64,000 nucleotides of DNA, from positions 19,733 to 83,732 of the IMG/VR virus record IMGVR_UViG_3300017987_000071, one strand, 5' to 3'. A program made the position numbers and the translations under genes. Numbering within the stretch: position 1 is the stretch's first letter; each line of letters opens with the position of its first letter. Positions 28,979 to 38,346 of this stretch are shown here, in pieces. Source of the DNA: a virus. Under the pieces are notes generated by a model that worked only from the letters and a program-made list of their open reading frames with translations, had not been told where the DNA came from and searched no databases.

Positions 28979-29794
28979 TTAGTGCCCAAAAGCACCCATA
29001 CGCTTAACACCAGTAAACTCAAGTTGAGGGTCTTGAGCATACCCATTGTACTTCACAGAATCCCTTACTCGCTTGAACAAAGTAGCACGCTCAACGTTTG
29101 GCGCTTTACGAATATGCTTACACATATAGTGGGTTAGCACCCCTTGGTACTTACCACCAATGAAAGCGTCATATGATACTTGCTTATCCCTACATCCCGC
29201 CCATAATATATGAGATTCCGACGTTCTAAACGCATGGCGAACAGTCTTTAGTTCTACATTCTCCCCCTCCCAACGGCAAGCAATATCCAGAGGTGGAGGA
29301 GCAAACTTTGCAATGGAAGCCTCTGGGTCCTTGAATAATGAAAAACTACGGATGCCGGTACCCGAATGGCAACAGTCTAACACGACTTCAAGCAATGCGC
29401 TTTCTGGAACGCGACTAAAGATATCCCGTAAAACATCATCTGTAATCATATGATGTTCCCAATCAACATCATACGGGCACAGTATCTCATCCAGCGAATC
29501 AGTGAGTTCATCTCCATCGCGATCCCGTACCTGTGACCCATGCCCTGAAAAATGGAACAGTATATAATCGCCGGACTTAGCACCGGACACCAACCAATGT
29601 AAGCGTTCAAGAATCCCCACGCCAGTTGCCCTAGAATCTGCTAAAACCCTAACATTCTTGTTATCAAACCCACCAACATGTGCTTGTAGCACTTGACGCA
29701 TATTTGCTACATCATTCAAGCATCCACGTAAATCTGGCACATAAGAATGCTTATAGTTATTTATACCAACCAGCAACGCTTTGTTCATCACCAC
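28979..29794 (-). CDS. Metacaspase / peptidase C14
   Basis: KALLVGIN, LRGCLND, FSGHG (catalytic His), LDCCHSG (catalytic Cys), QDPQL. Confidence 0.95.
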   Translation of the reverse strand: MVMNKALLVGINNYKHSYVPDLRGCLNDVANMRQVLQAHVGGFDNKNVRVLADSRATGVGILERLHWLVSGAKSGDYILFHFSGHGSQVRDRDGDELTDSLDEILCPYDVDWEHHMITDDVLRDIFSRVPESALLEVVLDCCHSGTGIRSFSLFKDPEASIAKFAPPPLDIACRWEGENVELKTVRHAFRTSESHILWAGCRDKQVSYDAFIGGKYQGVLTHYMCKHIRKAPNVERATLFKRVRDSVKYNGYAQDPQLEFTGVKRMGAFGH

Positions 29795-30218
29795 TCCTTA
29801 TTCTACGCATACCTTTAACAAAGGGTAGCAAATCCAAAAAATATAAACCTAACTCACCAACAGCGTTACAACGGTACACAACCGCTATAACGACATCCCT
29901 ATCTTCCTCAAATGCTTGTTTGCTTAGCACTCTGCCTAAATCGGATAATCTCACTGACAACCCACACTCATATGCAAACCCGCCCTCTACAACAGACCAC
30001 AAAGCCACAAACGGAGTTCTACCCCGTAGAGACTTAATCGAAACATTGCCGCCAATAACTCTAAACGATTTGTATGTTGGCAATACAAAAGGCAACACAA
30101 CAAAATATCTACTGTCCTCAAACAAGAAACCAAATGTATAACCCACTCCTCGCATTGCCCGCTTTCGATAATCACTATGGGGGGTAAAATAATCGGTAGA
30201 CAGCAGCCATTTACCCAC
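29757..30218 (-). CDS. Hypothetical protein
   Basis: Tiles in operon. Confidence 0.5.
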   Translation of the reverse strand: MGKWLLSTDYFTPHSDYRKRAMRGVGYTFGFLFEDSRYFVVLPFVLPTYKSFRVIGGNVSIKSLRGRTPFVALWSVVEGGFAYECGLSVRLSDLGRVLSKQAFEEDRDVVIAVVYRCNAVGELGLYFLDLLPFVKGMRRIRSGDEQSVAGWYK

Positions 30219-30387
30219 TTGTCACCCTCAGTTCACACTGATGTGCTGTGCAAGAAACCTGGCAAGCATTAGTGCAACCATCACTAATAAGGGCCCAGTG
30301 TTCTTCGATACTCACCTTACCCATCTTACCAGTTTGCTCCAACTTACGCACAGCATCACGCAACTTCCTTTGTTCTTCCTTGCTCAC
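30211..30387 (-). CDS. 58-aa Cys-containing protein (below ORF-track cutoff)
   Basis: GTG start overlapping upstream TGA, GGAG SD; MSKEEQRKLRD...CTNACQVSC. Confidence 0.5.
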   Translation of the reverse strand: MSKEEQRKLRDAVRKLEQTGKMGKVSIEEHWALISDGCTNACQVSCTAHQCELRVTSG

Positions 30388-30920
30388 GTTTTAATCTCCC
30401 TTGGGTCAATACACGGAAAGGGTTCATCAAGCAAATGCTTAACATCCTTACCTAAGAATAAACCAAGAGCGGACCACAAACTTGCATCCGCCCCCTCACA
30501 AATATTAAGTATAAGGACATCCTGTCCCCTACCAGCAAAATGCTGAATGATATCTCGTTCCAAAACCCGCCGTACTTTAGCAAATACAGCAGGATTATAA
30601 TCTGGTGGGGTACCATAAACCGCACAGCAGTACTCATAAGACCGACGGCCGAAAACTGGTGGTGCTACTTCCCATTGCTTCCTGCAACTCGCCATCCAAG
30701 TTACTTCATCCCTTACTGTATAAATGAATTTCGACCCAGGATACTTAGCATCTAGCATCTTATAGTTTGCCACTACAGACAAATCCGCCCCAGCATCCAT
30801 ATCACCATCGAAAACCCGTAAGTCTTTTGGGAAGTGGATAGCCTTGTACCCCAAACGACGCAAGGCAGCAACCAGCGAATGGGTTCCTGTGCGAGATAAA
30901 CCAATACCGAATATCTTCAT
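30384..30920 (-). CDS. Sulfotransferase family protein
   Basis: KIFGIGLSRTGTHSL, YPGSKFIYTVRD...W..S. Confidence 0.85.
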   Translation of the reverse strand: MKIFGIGLSRTGTHSLVAALRRLGYKAIHFPKDLRVFDGDMDAGADLSVVANYKMLDAKYPGSKFIYTVRDEVTWMASCRKQWEVAPPVFGRRSYEYCCAVYGTPPDYNPAVFAKVRRVLERDIIQHFAGRGQDVLILNICEGADASLWSALGLFLGKDVKHLLDEPFPCIDPREIKT

Positions 30921-30923
30921 CCC

Positions 30924-31532
30924 TTAACCCCAGTGAACCAGATAATCTTCCACCTGGCGACAAATACTATGTAGTACAAGCAGAGTTGCCTCCTGTATAC
31001 GAGGAGTTTCTGTGCTTGGAATCACTATTGAATGATCAATAAAGAATGTATCACCTAGCACCTTAGACTGCCCCACAATAATGCCTGTAGCAATATCGTT
31101 TCTATGTGCCCAAGCCAACGCAGAAGTAACATTAAGCGACTCACCTGAAGTCGTCAAACCCACAACTAAATCACCTTCACTTGCCTGCGCCTGCAACTGC
31201 CGGTCAAACAACTCATCCCAGTCAAAGTCATTGCCCAACGCTGTAAGCAGCCCCGTATTGCTATTCAAGCAAATCACAGGATAACCCTTTCGATACCGCA
31301 TAAACTTGCCCACAAGTTCAGTTTGAAAGTGCTCTGCTTGGGATGCTGAACCACCATTCCCAAAAATGTAAACCTTCCCCTTACGCTGAAAGGTTTTGCA
31401 AACAGCCATCGCCAAACTCTTAACAGAGGCAAGGAAACAACCACTGCCCATCTTTGCCAGCAGATCGCCAAAAGCAGTAAAGTCTGCGAAGATGCTAGTT
31501 TTCTTCATTAGCATTCTCCTTATCCCAAGCAT
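30924..31532 (-). CDS. gmhA: Phosphoheptose (sedoheptulose-7-phosphate) isomerase
   Basis: GNGGS..AEHF..EL, TALGNDF, TTSGES.NV, TPRIQE...H: SIS domain with the GmhA metal ligands. Confidence 0.92.
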   Translation of the reverse strand: MLGIRRMLMKKTSIFADFTAFGDLLAKMGSGCFLASVKSLAMAVCKTFQRKGKVYIFGNGGSASQAEHFQTELVGKFMRYRKGYPVICLNSNTGLLTALGNDFDWDELFDRQLQAQASEGDLVVGLTTSGESLNVTSALAWAHRNDIATGIIVGQSKVLGDTFFIDHSIVIPSTETPRIQEATLLVLHSICRQVEDYLVHWG

Positions 31533-31791
31533 TAAATGCCTTCTCGAATTCGCTTATGCCTTGCTCGTTGTTTAACCAAACATCAAACTCTCTATCGTGA
31601 TAGGTTTTTTGTGACTCCACTCCAACATCCACATCAATGAATAGCGGGGAAACATCATCTAACGTGTACGTAAATCCCGCCAACTTTCGTCTTCGCTTCC
31701 TCCACCACCTAGCAACAGCATTCACAAACAGCACAACCAAATAAGCAGCAATGCCACCCAGCACAAAACAAATAAACACCAAGTCCCACAT
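31495..31791 (-). CDS. Single-TM membrane protein
   Basis: N-terminal hydrophobic helix then RWWRKRRRK. Confidence 0.65.
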   Translation of the reverse strand: MWDLVFICFVLGGIAAYLVVLFVNAVARWWRKRRRKLAGFTYTLDDVSPLFIDVDVGVESQKTYHDREFDVWLNNEQGISEFEKAFNAWDKENANEEN

Positions 31792-32096
31792 TACGAATTC
31801 TCCTTAAACCACCGTGCCACACGCTTCTCAGCACACTGACCAGCATCAGCATGTTCAGCAACAACTACTCGCCCATCGCTTAAAATAGACCAATACACAT
31901 CACTCTTACGAAGCACACAACGAAATTGCGACACAATGTCAACAATCTCTGGTCGACTCAACCTCTTCGTATCCAAGGACACACGACGCAAACATGACTT
32001 CCGCCAAGCATAAATAGCATCCTGTGCATCTAAGTACCGCACCCCAAGACCGCAGGATATAGCACCCACGTTAAAATCAAAAGCAGATAATTTCAT
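31791..32096 (-). CDS. Hypothetical protein
   Basis: Overlapping stop/start. Confidence 0.5.
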   Translation of the reverse strand: MKLSAFDFNVGAISCGLGVRYLDAQDAIYAWRKSCLRRVSLDTKRLSRPEIVDIVSQFRCVLRKSDVYWSILSDGRVVVAEHADAGQCAEKRVARWFKENS

Positions 32097-32293
32097 AACG
32101 AGGACTCCTTCGTCTGTATAGGATCAGGTAGAAACAACGGCACGTAAACACTCTTCATGTTCCTAAATGCTTCAAGAGCGTTATGAACCTTAAACACATA
32201 ACATGTAGTACAAAACGTTATACCAGGCGAAGACTTACTATCCCACTCTGGATGTGTACAGGTCTTCTGGCGCTCCATAAACTCATCCGTCAT
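32093..32293 (-). CDS. Small Cys/His protein
   Basis: CTH...CTTC; ATGA overlaps. Confidence 0.55.
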   Translation of the reverse strand: MTDEFMERQKTCTHPEWDSKSSPGITFCTTCYVFKVHNALEAFRNMKSVYVPLFLPDPIQTKESSL

Positions 32294-32751
32294 AACCCCT
32301 TTATCCTTTCTATAAGTGCCGTAGTTGAATAACCCTCCTGCCTCTTATAAAGCAACACACGTCCGCCACACTTCTCAACAAGCGCAGCGCCTACCACTGA
32401 ACCATCCCACTCTGATCCCTTAATAAGCACATCAGGGCGAATCGCTTGAATCAACACCAGTGGAGTATCGTCTCTAAAAATGGTAACATAATCAACCATC
32501 GACAATGCATCCAGCACTACCGCACGATCCCTGGCAGACACAATAGGGCGCTTAGGTCCCTTCACTTCACTTACAGAAGCATCAGAATTGAGACCCACAA
32601 CCAATATATCCGCCTGAGTCTTACAATAAGTTAAGAAGCGAACATGCCCAGGATGCAAAAGATCAAAGCATCCATTAGTAAAACAAACAGTTTTCTTCAA
32701 ACAACGTGCAGCACTAAGATCATCTAACAAATCAGGCAACGACTTTATCAC
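32290..32751 (-). CDS. hldC: D-glycero-D-manno-heptose-1-phosphate adenylyltransferase (stand-alone HldE C-domain)
   Basis: FTNGCFDLLHPGH, VGLNSDASV..KG..RP, IRPDVLIKG, GYSTT. Confidence 0.9.
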   Translation of the reverse strand: MIKSLPDLLDDLSAARCLKKTVCFTNGCFDLLHPGHVRFLTYCKTQADILVVGLNSDASVSEVKGPKRPIVSARDRAVVLDALSMVDYVTIFRDDTPLVLIQAIRPDVLIKGSEWDGSVVGAALVEKCGGRVLLYKRQEGYSTTALIERIKGL

Positions 32752-33347
32752 TTAGGGATTTCCTTTCCTGCCCGCCCCAGCGTTGTCTTTACACCCTTAA
32801 CAGTATCCCGCACAAACTCCATCTTTGCCCCCATGCGAGCATCATGAGGCAAATACTTCTTAAGACGCTTTACCCGCGTCTCAACCTCCTTATAAAGATA
32901 CTTTGCTGTATTCTTCAACGTATCCAACCTTGTCCGTACTCTAGCAATCTCTTGGTCATCATGAGGATCAAACCCACCCTCAACCGATGCGGTATACAGT
33001 ACCTCCGCATCCCTATAAATCTTCTTCACTTGTCCCCAGAACTTATCAGCAACCTTCTCATATTCTGGATTGCCTTCCACACCACTAACTGCCCGTGTGA
33101 AATCATCTGCTTTATCTTTCAAATAGTGGTAGGTCTTATAAAGCGTTGTTGCCAACTTCCGATGAATAGTACGTGGGATGTCTGCTATCTTGCGATATGC
33201 CTTAACAGGCAAATCAAGAATGCCCTCATCCACCACAATGCTCTCTGCCAATTCCGATGGCAAAACGCCCTCAAGTATCAAATCTACTGCCTTAGACGTG
33301 TCCATAAAGCCTCCTATAAGGAATGTACTTTCGTTTTTGCACCCCAC
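32748..33347 (-). CDS. Basic helical protein with N-terminal shared tag (likely start MDTSK ~33305)
   Basis: GGAGG SD; MDTSKAVDLILEGVLPSELAESIVVDE. Confidence 0.75.
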   Translation of the reverse strand: MGCKNESTFLIGGFMDTSKAVDLILEGVLPSELAESIVVDEGILDLPVKAYRKIADIPRTIHRKLATTLYKTYHYLKDKADDFTRAVSGVEGNPEYEKVADKFWGQVKKIYRDAEVLYTASVEGGFDPHDDQEIARVRTRLDTLKNTAKYLYKEVETRVKRLKKYLPHDARMGAKMEFVRDTVKGVKTTLGRAGKEIPK

Positions 33348-34018
33348 TCAGGCGCGCAGCGAATCAACGGAGACTGCAACTTACCTGGCAGTGCATACCC
33401 TATCGCTGGCACCCTATGAGATAATGCCACATAAAACAATAACCCTTCTGGGCCAACAAAAGTGTCCGCTTCAGCAACAACCTTCATTGCTTCCAAAAGA
33501 GAGGTGCGTCCCACCAAATTTATCGTATTGCTAAAAACCCATGATCTGTAGCTCTCATCAGTCCCAACCAACACAGGAACAATCTTATAACCCACACGCA
33601 AGGATTCCTGTATAATCACCGTACACTGATGCAACACTCGTTGCTTCCCCAAAGCCTTAGCATTGCTGCCTCTAGTTCCACTGTTAACCTGCACCACACT
33701 GTAATGATCAGGAAAACCAAACTTAACTACATTAACTTTGCTAAAATCAACTTGAGGATAGGGTTCAAGGGGCCACGCCTCGCTATGGTCCTTATAGGTT
33801 ACATTGATTTCCTTCAACGGAAAGCGCTCAAACACTTCCCTTGTTACAAATTCCACCTTAGATACCTTGGGGTTTAACCCATAGATATCCTGTATAGCAC
33901 AGCGATCATGAAATTTCGCATAGTGCATAATACGCAAGGGAGAGTTTGCGTGATACAACTTGCACAGAGCAACCAAGTATGTATCTCCAAACCCCCCCTT
34001 AACTTTAAACTCCATCAT
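33314..34018 (-). CDS. GT9-like glycosyltransferase
   Basis: GGFGD, NLVGRTSLLE, FVGPEGLL..A. Confidence 0.75.
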   Translation of the reverse strand: MMEFKVKGGFGDTYLVALCKLYHANSPLRIMHYAKFHDRCAIQDIYGLNPKVSKVEFVTREVFERFPLKEINVTYKDHSEAWPLEPYPQVDFSKVNVVKFGFPDHYSVVQVNSGTRGSNAKALGKQRVLHQCTVIIQESLRVGYKIVPVLVGTDESYRSWVFSNTINLVGRTSLLEAMKVVAEADTFVGPEGLLFYVALSHRVPAIGYALPGKLQSPLIRCAPEWGAKTKVHSL

Positions 34019-35141
34019 CCGTCTTTATCGGCAATACGATATAACGAAAATCGCTGCCGATCTCCATTAAACTTGGACCATTAGCATCAGTGGTCCAACG
34101 CCAAACGAATTTATCTTCAGCAAATGCCAACGCTGGTAGTAGCAAATCAGGATCAAATTTAACAGGCAAGGGAACCATATCCCCCATTGCTGCCTGCATC
34201 TCATACTCCGCTTTTCCCCTAGAATTGGTACTGCTAAGTTGCAACTTTCCTGCTGGCGGGCTACTGAATGTAAACTCAGCAAATCTATCCATCGCTTTCC
34301 CCGACAATGCAGCAATCTGCTTCAGGGGAGATATAAGATCATTAGCATCAATCCTTGCTTCTGGCCCCCAAACCGAATTCAAAAGCTTCTCGTATGGAGG
34401 AAATTGAGAAGTCACTGTCCCAACCGCCAACGTAATATGCTCAGTGTTAAAAACAAAATGGTTGCCTACTACAGCAACCTCAACCGCTTCATCCTCCTCG
34501 ATGTTAGCAATCTTCACCAACTTTGCTACCTGCCTCAAACCTGACCGAGGAACGACCGCTTCCTGTTTCTTCTTTGGGGTTGGTGTTTGTTTGGTACAAA
34601 TCGCCAAGCGCTTACCGTCAGTAGCAATAAACGAAACAGAATTACTGCGTGCTTTGACATACACATTGTCTAAATCGTACTTACTTTCATCTGAAGTACC
34701 AGCAAAAATGCTCTTTTCAATAAGCTCCGACAGGTCCTCCCGCGAGATGCTAAAGCAACCCTTGGGTTGAAACTCTGGCAAATCAGGAAATACATCAGGA
34801 CTCTGGCCATAAACGACCACTCGCCCCCGTTTCCCAAAGCGAAATTGAGCATTTGTCTCTTGGGAAGTTATCTCAATCTCCTGGCCCTTCCTCGCATTAA
34901 CCACCAAATCATAAGTCAACGCTACAGGAAGCACAAGACTCCCACCACTTACTACATCCACGCCACTGCTCGGCGCGGTATACATAACAGACGTTTCCAG
35001 ATCACACGCCTGCACATAAAACGAATCCATATCAGCGGACAAATTGACTATATCCGCTGATATACCTTCTTTCTTAGGGGCAACCGCCCTAGCAAGGGTC
35101 AACCCTGCTAAAAGCGATTCCCGACTAATCGTAACTTTCAA
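34005..35141 (-). CDS. dnaN: DNA polymerase III beta sliding clamp
   Basis: 378 aa; MKVTISRE, ACDLET, FPDLP, ATDGKRLA, FPPYEKL, YIVLPIK C-terminus. Confidence 0.9.
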   Translation of the reverse strand: MKVTISRESLLAGLTLARAVAPKKEGISADIVNLSADMDSFYVQACDLETSVMYTAPSSGVDVVSGGSLVLPVALTYDLVVNARKGQEIEITSQETNAQFRFGKRGRVVVYGQSPDVFPDLPEFQPKGCFSISREDLSELIEKSIFAGTSDESKYDLDNVYVKARSNSVSFIATDGKRLAICTKQTPTPKKKQEAVVPRSGLRQVAKLVKIANIEEDEAVEVAVVGNHFVFNTEHITLAVGTVTSQFPPYEKLLNSVWGPEARIDANDLISPLKQIAALSGKAMDRFAEFTFSSPPAGKLQLSSTNSRGKAEYEMQAAMGDMVPLPVKFDPDLLLPALAFAEDKFVWRWTTDANGPSLMEIGSDFRYIVLPIKTDDGV

Positions 35142-35668
35142 GTCTGCTCCCCCTGTTTCTCAACCTGCGGTTGGCTTATCCAGATGTTACCACAAGCAAT
35201 ACAGTATTTTGGTTCTGGCAAACCAGGCATACCAACAGAAAGAAACATTGATCCTGGTGTCTTGCATTCTGCACAAAAAGGCCCATTAGCAACCTTCGCT
35301 TCAAAAGGTTCTGATTTAAGTCCAAAGACTACGAATTTCTTACAAGACCTACAAGCATAAACAGACAACAAAGTATCTGAACCACCACTATGCTGTTTTG
35401 AAATAAGCAGTGTCATATCATGATCCCAACAAAATGGACAATCGGGATCAACCGTCTTGCTTTTATCTCTCTGATAAAAACGCAAGGCCTCCGATTCGAG
35501 AATCGACAACCCATGCTCATTCACCCAAACAGCACGAAGCACATGTCCATCCACGCTAGGGCATTTAACAACATTGCGGACATACCCAAACCTAATAGCG
35601 AGTTGTTCTCGCTGTTGCTCCTCGTTTTTCTTGTCAACGAGTTCCACGATCATACCTCCTTTGATCAT
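35138..35668 (-). CDS. Zinc-ribbon protein
   Basis: Four CxxC pairs. Confidence 0.65.
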   Translation of the reverse strand: MIKGGMIVELVDKKNEEQQREQLAIRFGYVRNVVKCPSVDGHVLRAVWVNEHGLSILESEALRFYQRDKSKTVDPDCPFCWDHDMTLLISKQHSGGSDTLLSVYACRSCKKFVVFGLKSEPFEAKVANGPFCAECKTPGSMFLSVGMPGLPEPKYCIACGNIWISQPQVEKQGEQT

Positions 35669-35928
35669 CTTGCTCTACGATCCGTTAACCATAGATGACA
35701 AGCAAAAAGCACAAGTGCCGCACCAAAATAACCCAAAATAAGTTCAGCTCGTCGAGGGTTAGTGGTTTCCTCCAAAGCAGCAAACACACCAACAAGTGCT
35801 GCCACCAAACAAAAAAACCCAATTCGATGAGACAACAATCTCTCGTCATCAACCATATCTATCCTACCAATAACACTACGGTACGAGATAAACTCATACC
35901 TTCCAACAAACAATTCACAGCATCCCAC
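35665..35928 (-). CDS. Small two-TM membrane protein (likely start ~35856)
   Basis: Two hydrophobic segments. Confidence 0.5.
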   Translation of the reverse strand: MGCCELFVGRYEFISYRSVIGRIDMVDDERLLSHRIGFFCLVAALVGVFAALEETTNPRRAELILGYFGAALVLFACHLWLTDRRAR

Positions 35929-36812
35929 ACCGAGATGCTTTCCAGATATCGTCTAGCGATCTCCTCTGCTGTATCTTTAACAGCAAGCAACCGCTTTAAG
36001 TATCCAGGTGTAATACCCGACAACGCTACACCACGATACCCAACCCCCATAATAGTCTCTAAAGCACCCTTTATTGCATAGAAACGATCATAAGGAGGTT
36101 TATTATATTCTTTATTCAAATCGTCCACCTTCGCAGCGAGAAGCGCATTCACGATGGTCAATTTACTCTTAGTGGACGCCAACGGATGATGGTACTTAAT
36201 ATCGTCAACCATCCTACTGGACCCACCATACGGGAACTCAAGTCTGCTACGAGCAAAAGCAAACTGCTCCTGAGTTAACTTCCATAAATACGGATAGAAC
36301 TTGCTACGAGCATACTTGGGGTTAAGCTTCCAACGCCCATCATCCTTAACAAACTCTAAAGCCTCAACGACCTTCCAAATGTCCAAGCGAGTAGACAACA
36401 CAGTACGAGTCTGAGGTAGATTTGCTTTAAGAATCGCACGCACATCATCAGCATCTCTAGCATCCTTGCTATCCAACGCTGACGCAAAACCTACATAAGC
36501 AGAAGCATCCGCATTGCGCACCCCTTTAGGAGCACGTAAACCAAAATATGGCAGCAAGAAAGTAATATGCTGCCACGGCTTCCACTGTGACGTAGCACTA
36601 TCCCATATAAGCTTCAGCATACCACGCCCCAAGATATCAGATACTCTCTTAGTCACTTTGTCAAATGATGTTTCAACACGCCTTAAAAACGACGCATCCC
36701 AAACCCAACCGCCACGCTCTTCGGAAGACTTTTGCTTCATGTACCAAGGATACAAGGCAAACAGAGCCTCTATATCCTTCCGAGGTAATACAATACGAGA
36801 TTCTAATAGCAT
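35859..36812 (-). CDS. Divergent RDIEAIY paralog family member
   Basis: KDIEALFALYPWY...GWV.D..F; FPYGGS; ARRYLESISVWDAVNCLLEGMSL; GGAGG SD. Confidence 0.8.
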   Translation of the reverse strand: MLLESRIVLPRKDIEALFALYPWYMKQKSSEERGGWVWDASFLRRVETSFDKVTKRVSDILGRGMLKLIWDSATSQWKPWQHITFLLPYFGLRAPKGVRNADASAYVGFASALDSKDARDADDVRAILKANLPQTRTVLSTRLDIWKVVEALEFVKDDGRWKLNPKYARSKFYPYLWKLTQEQFAFARSRLEFPYGGSSRMVDDIKYHHPLASTKSKLTIVNALLAAKVDDLNKEYNKPPYDRFYAIKGALETIMGVGYRGVALSGITPGYLKRLLAVKDTAEEIARRYLESISVWDAVNCLLEGMSLSRTVVLLVG

Positions 36813-36823
36813 ACCCTATCCTC

Positions 36824-37531
36824 CTATAGCATATCTTGAATATGCTTCATTAACCACATCCAGAGTTTGCGGATAACCAACCACAATAGAATTACCGCTG
36901 TGTAACTAGCAAGCCACAAAGCCCCCATATGTGCTGTGACCAATATCCCCAAGATACCTAAAAGAGCAGGGACCGCCGTAGAAGAATCACCAAACATCAA
37001 CAATATCTTATTGATGATGCGTCGAGCTAAACCCTCACTGGATTTAGCCAATCCCATCTCCTGGTCCTCTATGTTCTGAAGGTAACCATCCACATCCTCG
37101 ACCTTCTTTTCGACTTCCTTCTGCACATGCTTGGGCGATTTCCTAAAAATACCTGTAACAGCATCCCAAATGCTACCTAGCATCCCGCGCTTCTTTACCT
37201 TCTCTGCTGTCCGCAAGATCGTTCTCTCCACTGCACGCTCAGCGGATGGCAACTCCTTACGAATTTTCTCTGGTTCAAGTTTGCTAGGGTCAAACTCTAT
37301 CCGAGTTCCCCGCAAGGTAAACTCACACAATGTTCCCTTTTCCAAACGCTCAATCGCCTGATCGACTAAACGATTAAAGCACCGCTCAAGCAAACGATCA
37401 AACGCAAAAGGATCAACTACTGCTTCAGCAACAGCATTAGGATTAACGCCTATGCTAACCGCAATCTCGTATATGTTATTCATACTTCTTACTCCACGTA
37501 CATCGAATACTATCTTACCACGTATGCACAA
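36824..37531 (-). CDS. Tagged protein with C-terminal TM hairpin (likely start MNNIYE ~37483)
   Basis: VSIGVNPNAVAEAVV, LLE/LCE sites, C-terminal hydrophobic helices. Confidence 0.7.
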   Translation of the reverse strand: MCIRGKIVFDVRGVRSMNNIYEIAVSIGVNPNAVAEAVVDPFAFDRLLERCFNRLVDQAIERLEKGTLCEFTLRGTRIEFDPSKLEPEKIRKELPSAERAVERTILRTAEKVKKRGMLGSIWDAVTGIFRKSPKHVQKEVEKKVEDVDGYLQNIEDQEMGLAKSSEGLARRIINKILLMFGDSSTAVPALLGILGILVTAHMGALWLASYTAVILLWLVIRKLWMWLMKHIQDML

Positions 37532-38346
37532 CGCTGTCCAGTAAAAAATCTAGGAAACCTAGAAATAATTTTATCCGTCCCAACCTCTCGCCGAACTGCT
37601 ATATGCTCACCCCCTAATTGCCCACGATATTCCTGCTTAAGCTTCCTTATTATATCCTTATGCGCTTGGGTTTGCTCCTTGCGATGCTTCCCTGTAATCT
37701 GACTTCGATGGCGTCTATACCAATAAAGCACATAATCTACGAAAGCCGTTTGGCACTTCGTAGTCGCCATCACCACAGCTAACTGCAAATCTACTGCGTA
37801 TGGTATACTCACATCTAATCCTGGGCTATCCAAATACTGATCACGGCGAAGCGCCCGTTGATGCTGTCCGCCCCACCACCTTGTAGTTGTAAACGCTTCA
37901 AGGAGAGACATATTCTGAGGGGTGCTTTTCGCCCACCCCTGCATAGTATGTCGCTCACCAAAAGTGCTACCATAAACGAACTTCGACCACAGAAAACCAA
38001 GTTTCCGTTTACGATACATATGATAGCAAATTATTTCCAACGCATAGGGGTATGAGAAATCGTCAGCGTCCACCACTGTCACTATTGGTGCTTGAGCAGC
38101 AAGGATACCCTGATGAGTCGCAGCAGCACACCCTCTATGCTCACCCTGAAGTATCCTTATACGATCACCATGCTCTACAACATCACACACCTCAGCAACC
38201 ATACGCACTGAAGCATCTGTAGACCCATCGTCCACCACTATCAACTCCCAATCAGCAAACGACTGGTTAATTATAGAATACACAGCAGTTTGTATATACC
38301 GTTCAGCGTTATATACAGGCATCACTACAGAAATAGCAGGCATCAT
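37510..38346 (-). CDS. Glycosyltransferase family 2
   Basis: ISVVMPVYNAE, LIVVDDGSTD, VDADD, YWYR.H..Q. Confidence 0.95.
   Translation of the reverse strand: MMPAISVVMPVYNAERYIQTAVYSIINQSFADWELIVVDDGSTDASVRMVAEVCDVVEHGDRIRILQGEHRGCAAATHQGILAAQAPIVTVVDADDFSYPYALEIICYHMYRKRKLGFLWSKFVYGSTFGERHTMQGWAKSTPQNMSLLEAFTTTRWWGGQHQRALRRDQYLDSPGLDVSIPYAVDLQLAVVMATTKCQTAFVDYVLYWYRRHRSQITGKHRKEQTQAHKDIIRKLKQEYRGQLGGEHIAVRREVGTDKIISRFPRFFTGQRCAYVVR

Noticed and set aside
11122-36812. Diversity-generating retroelement or shufflon explaining the paralogs
   Set aside because: No reverse transcriptase or site-specific recombinase in the window, no adenine-specific TR/VR pair, and all copies are co-oriented without inverted sites.
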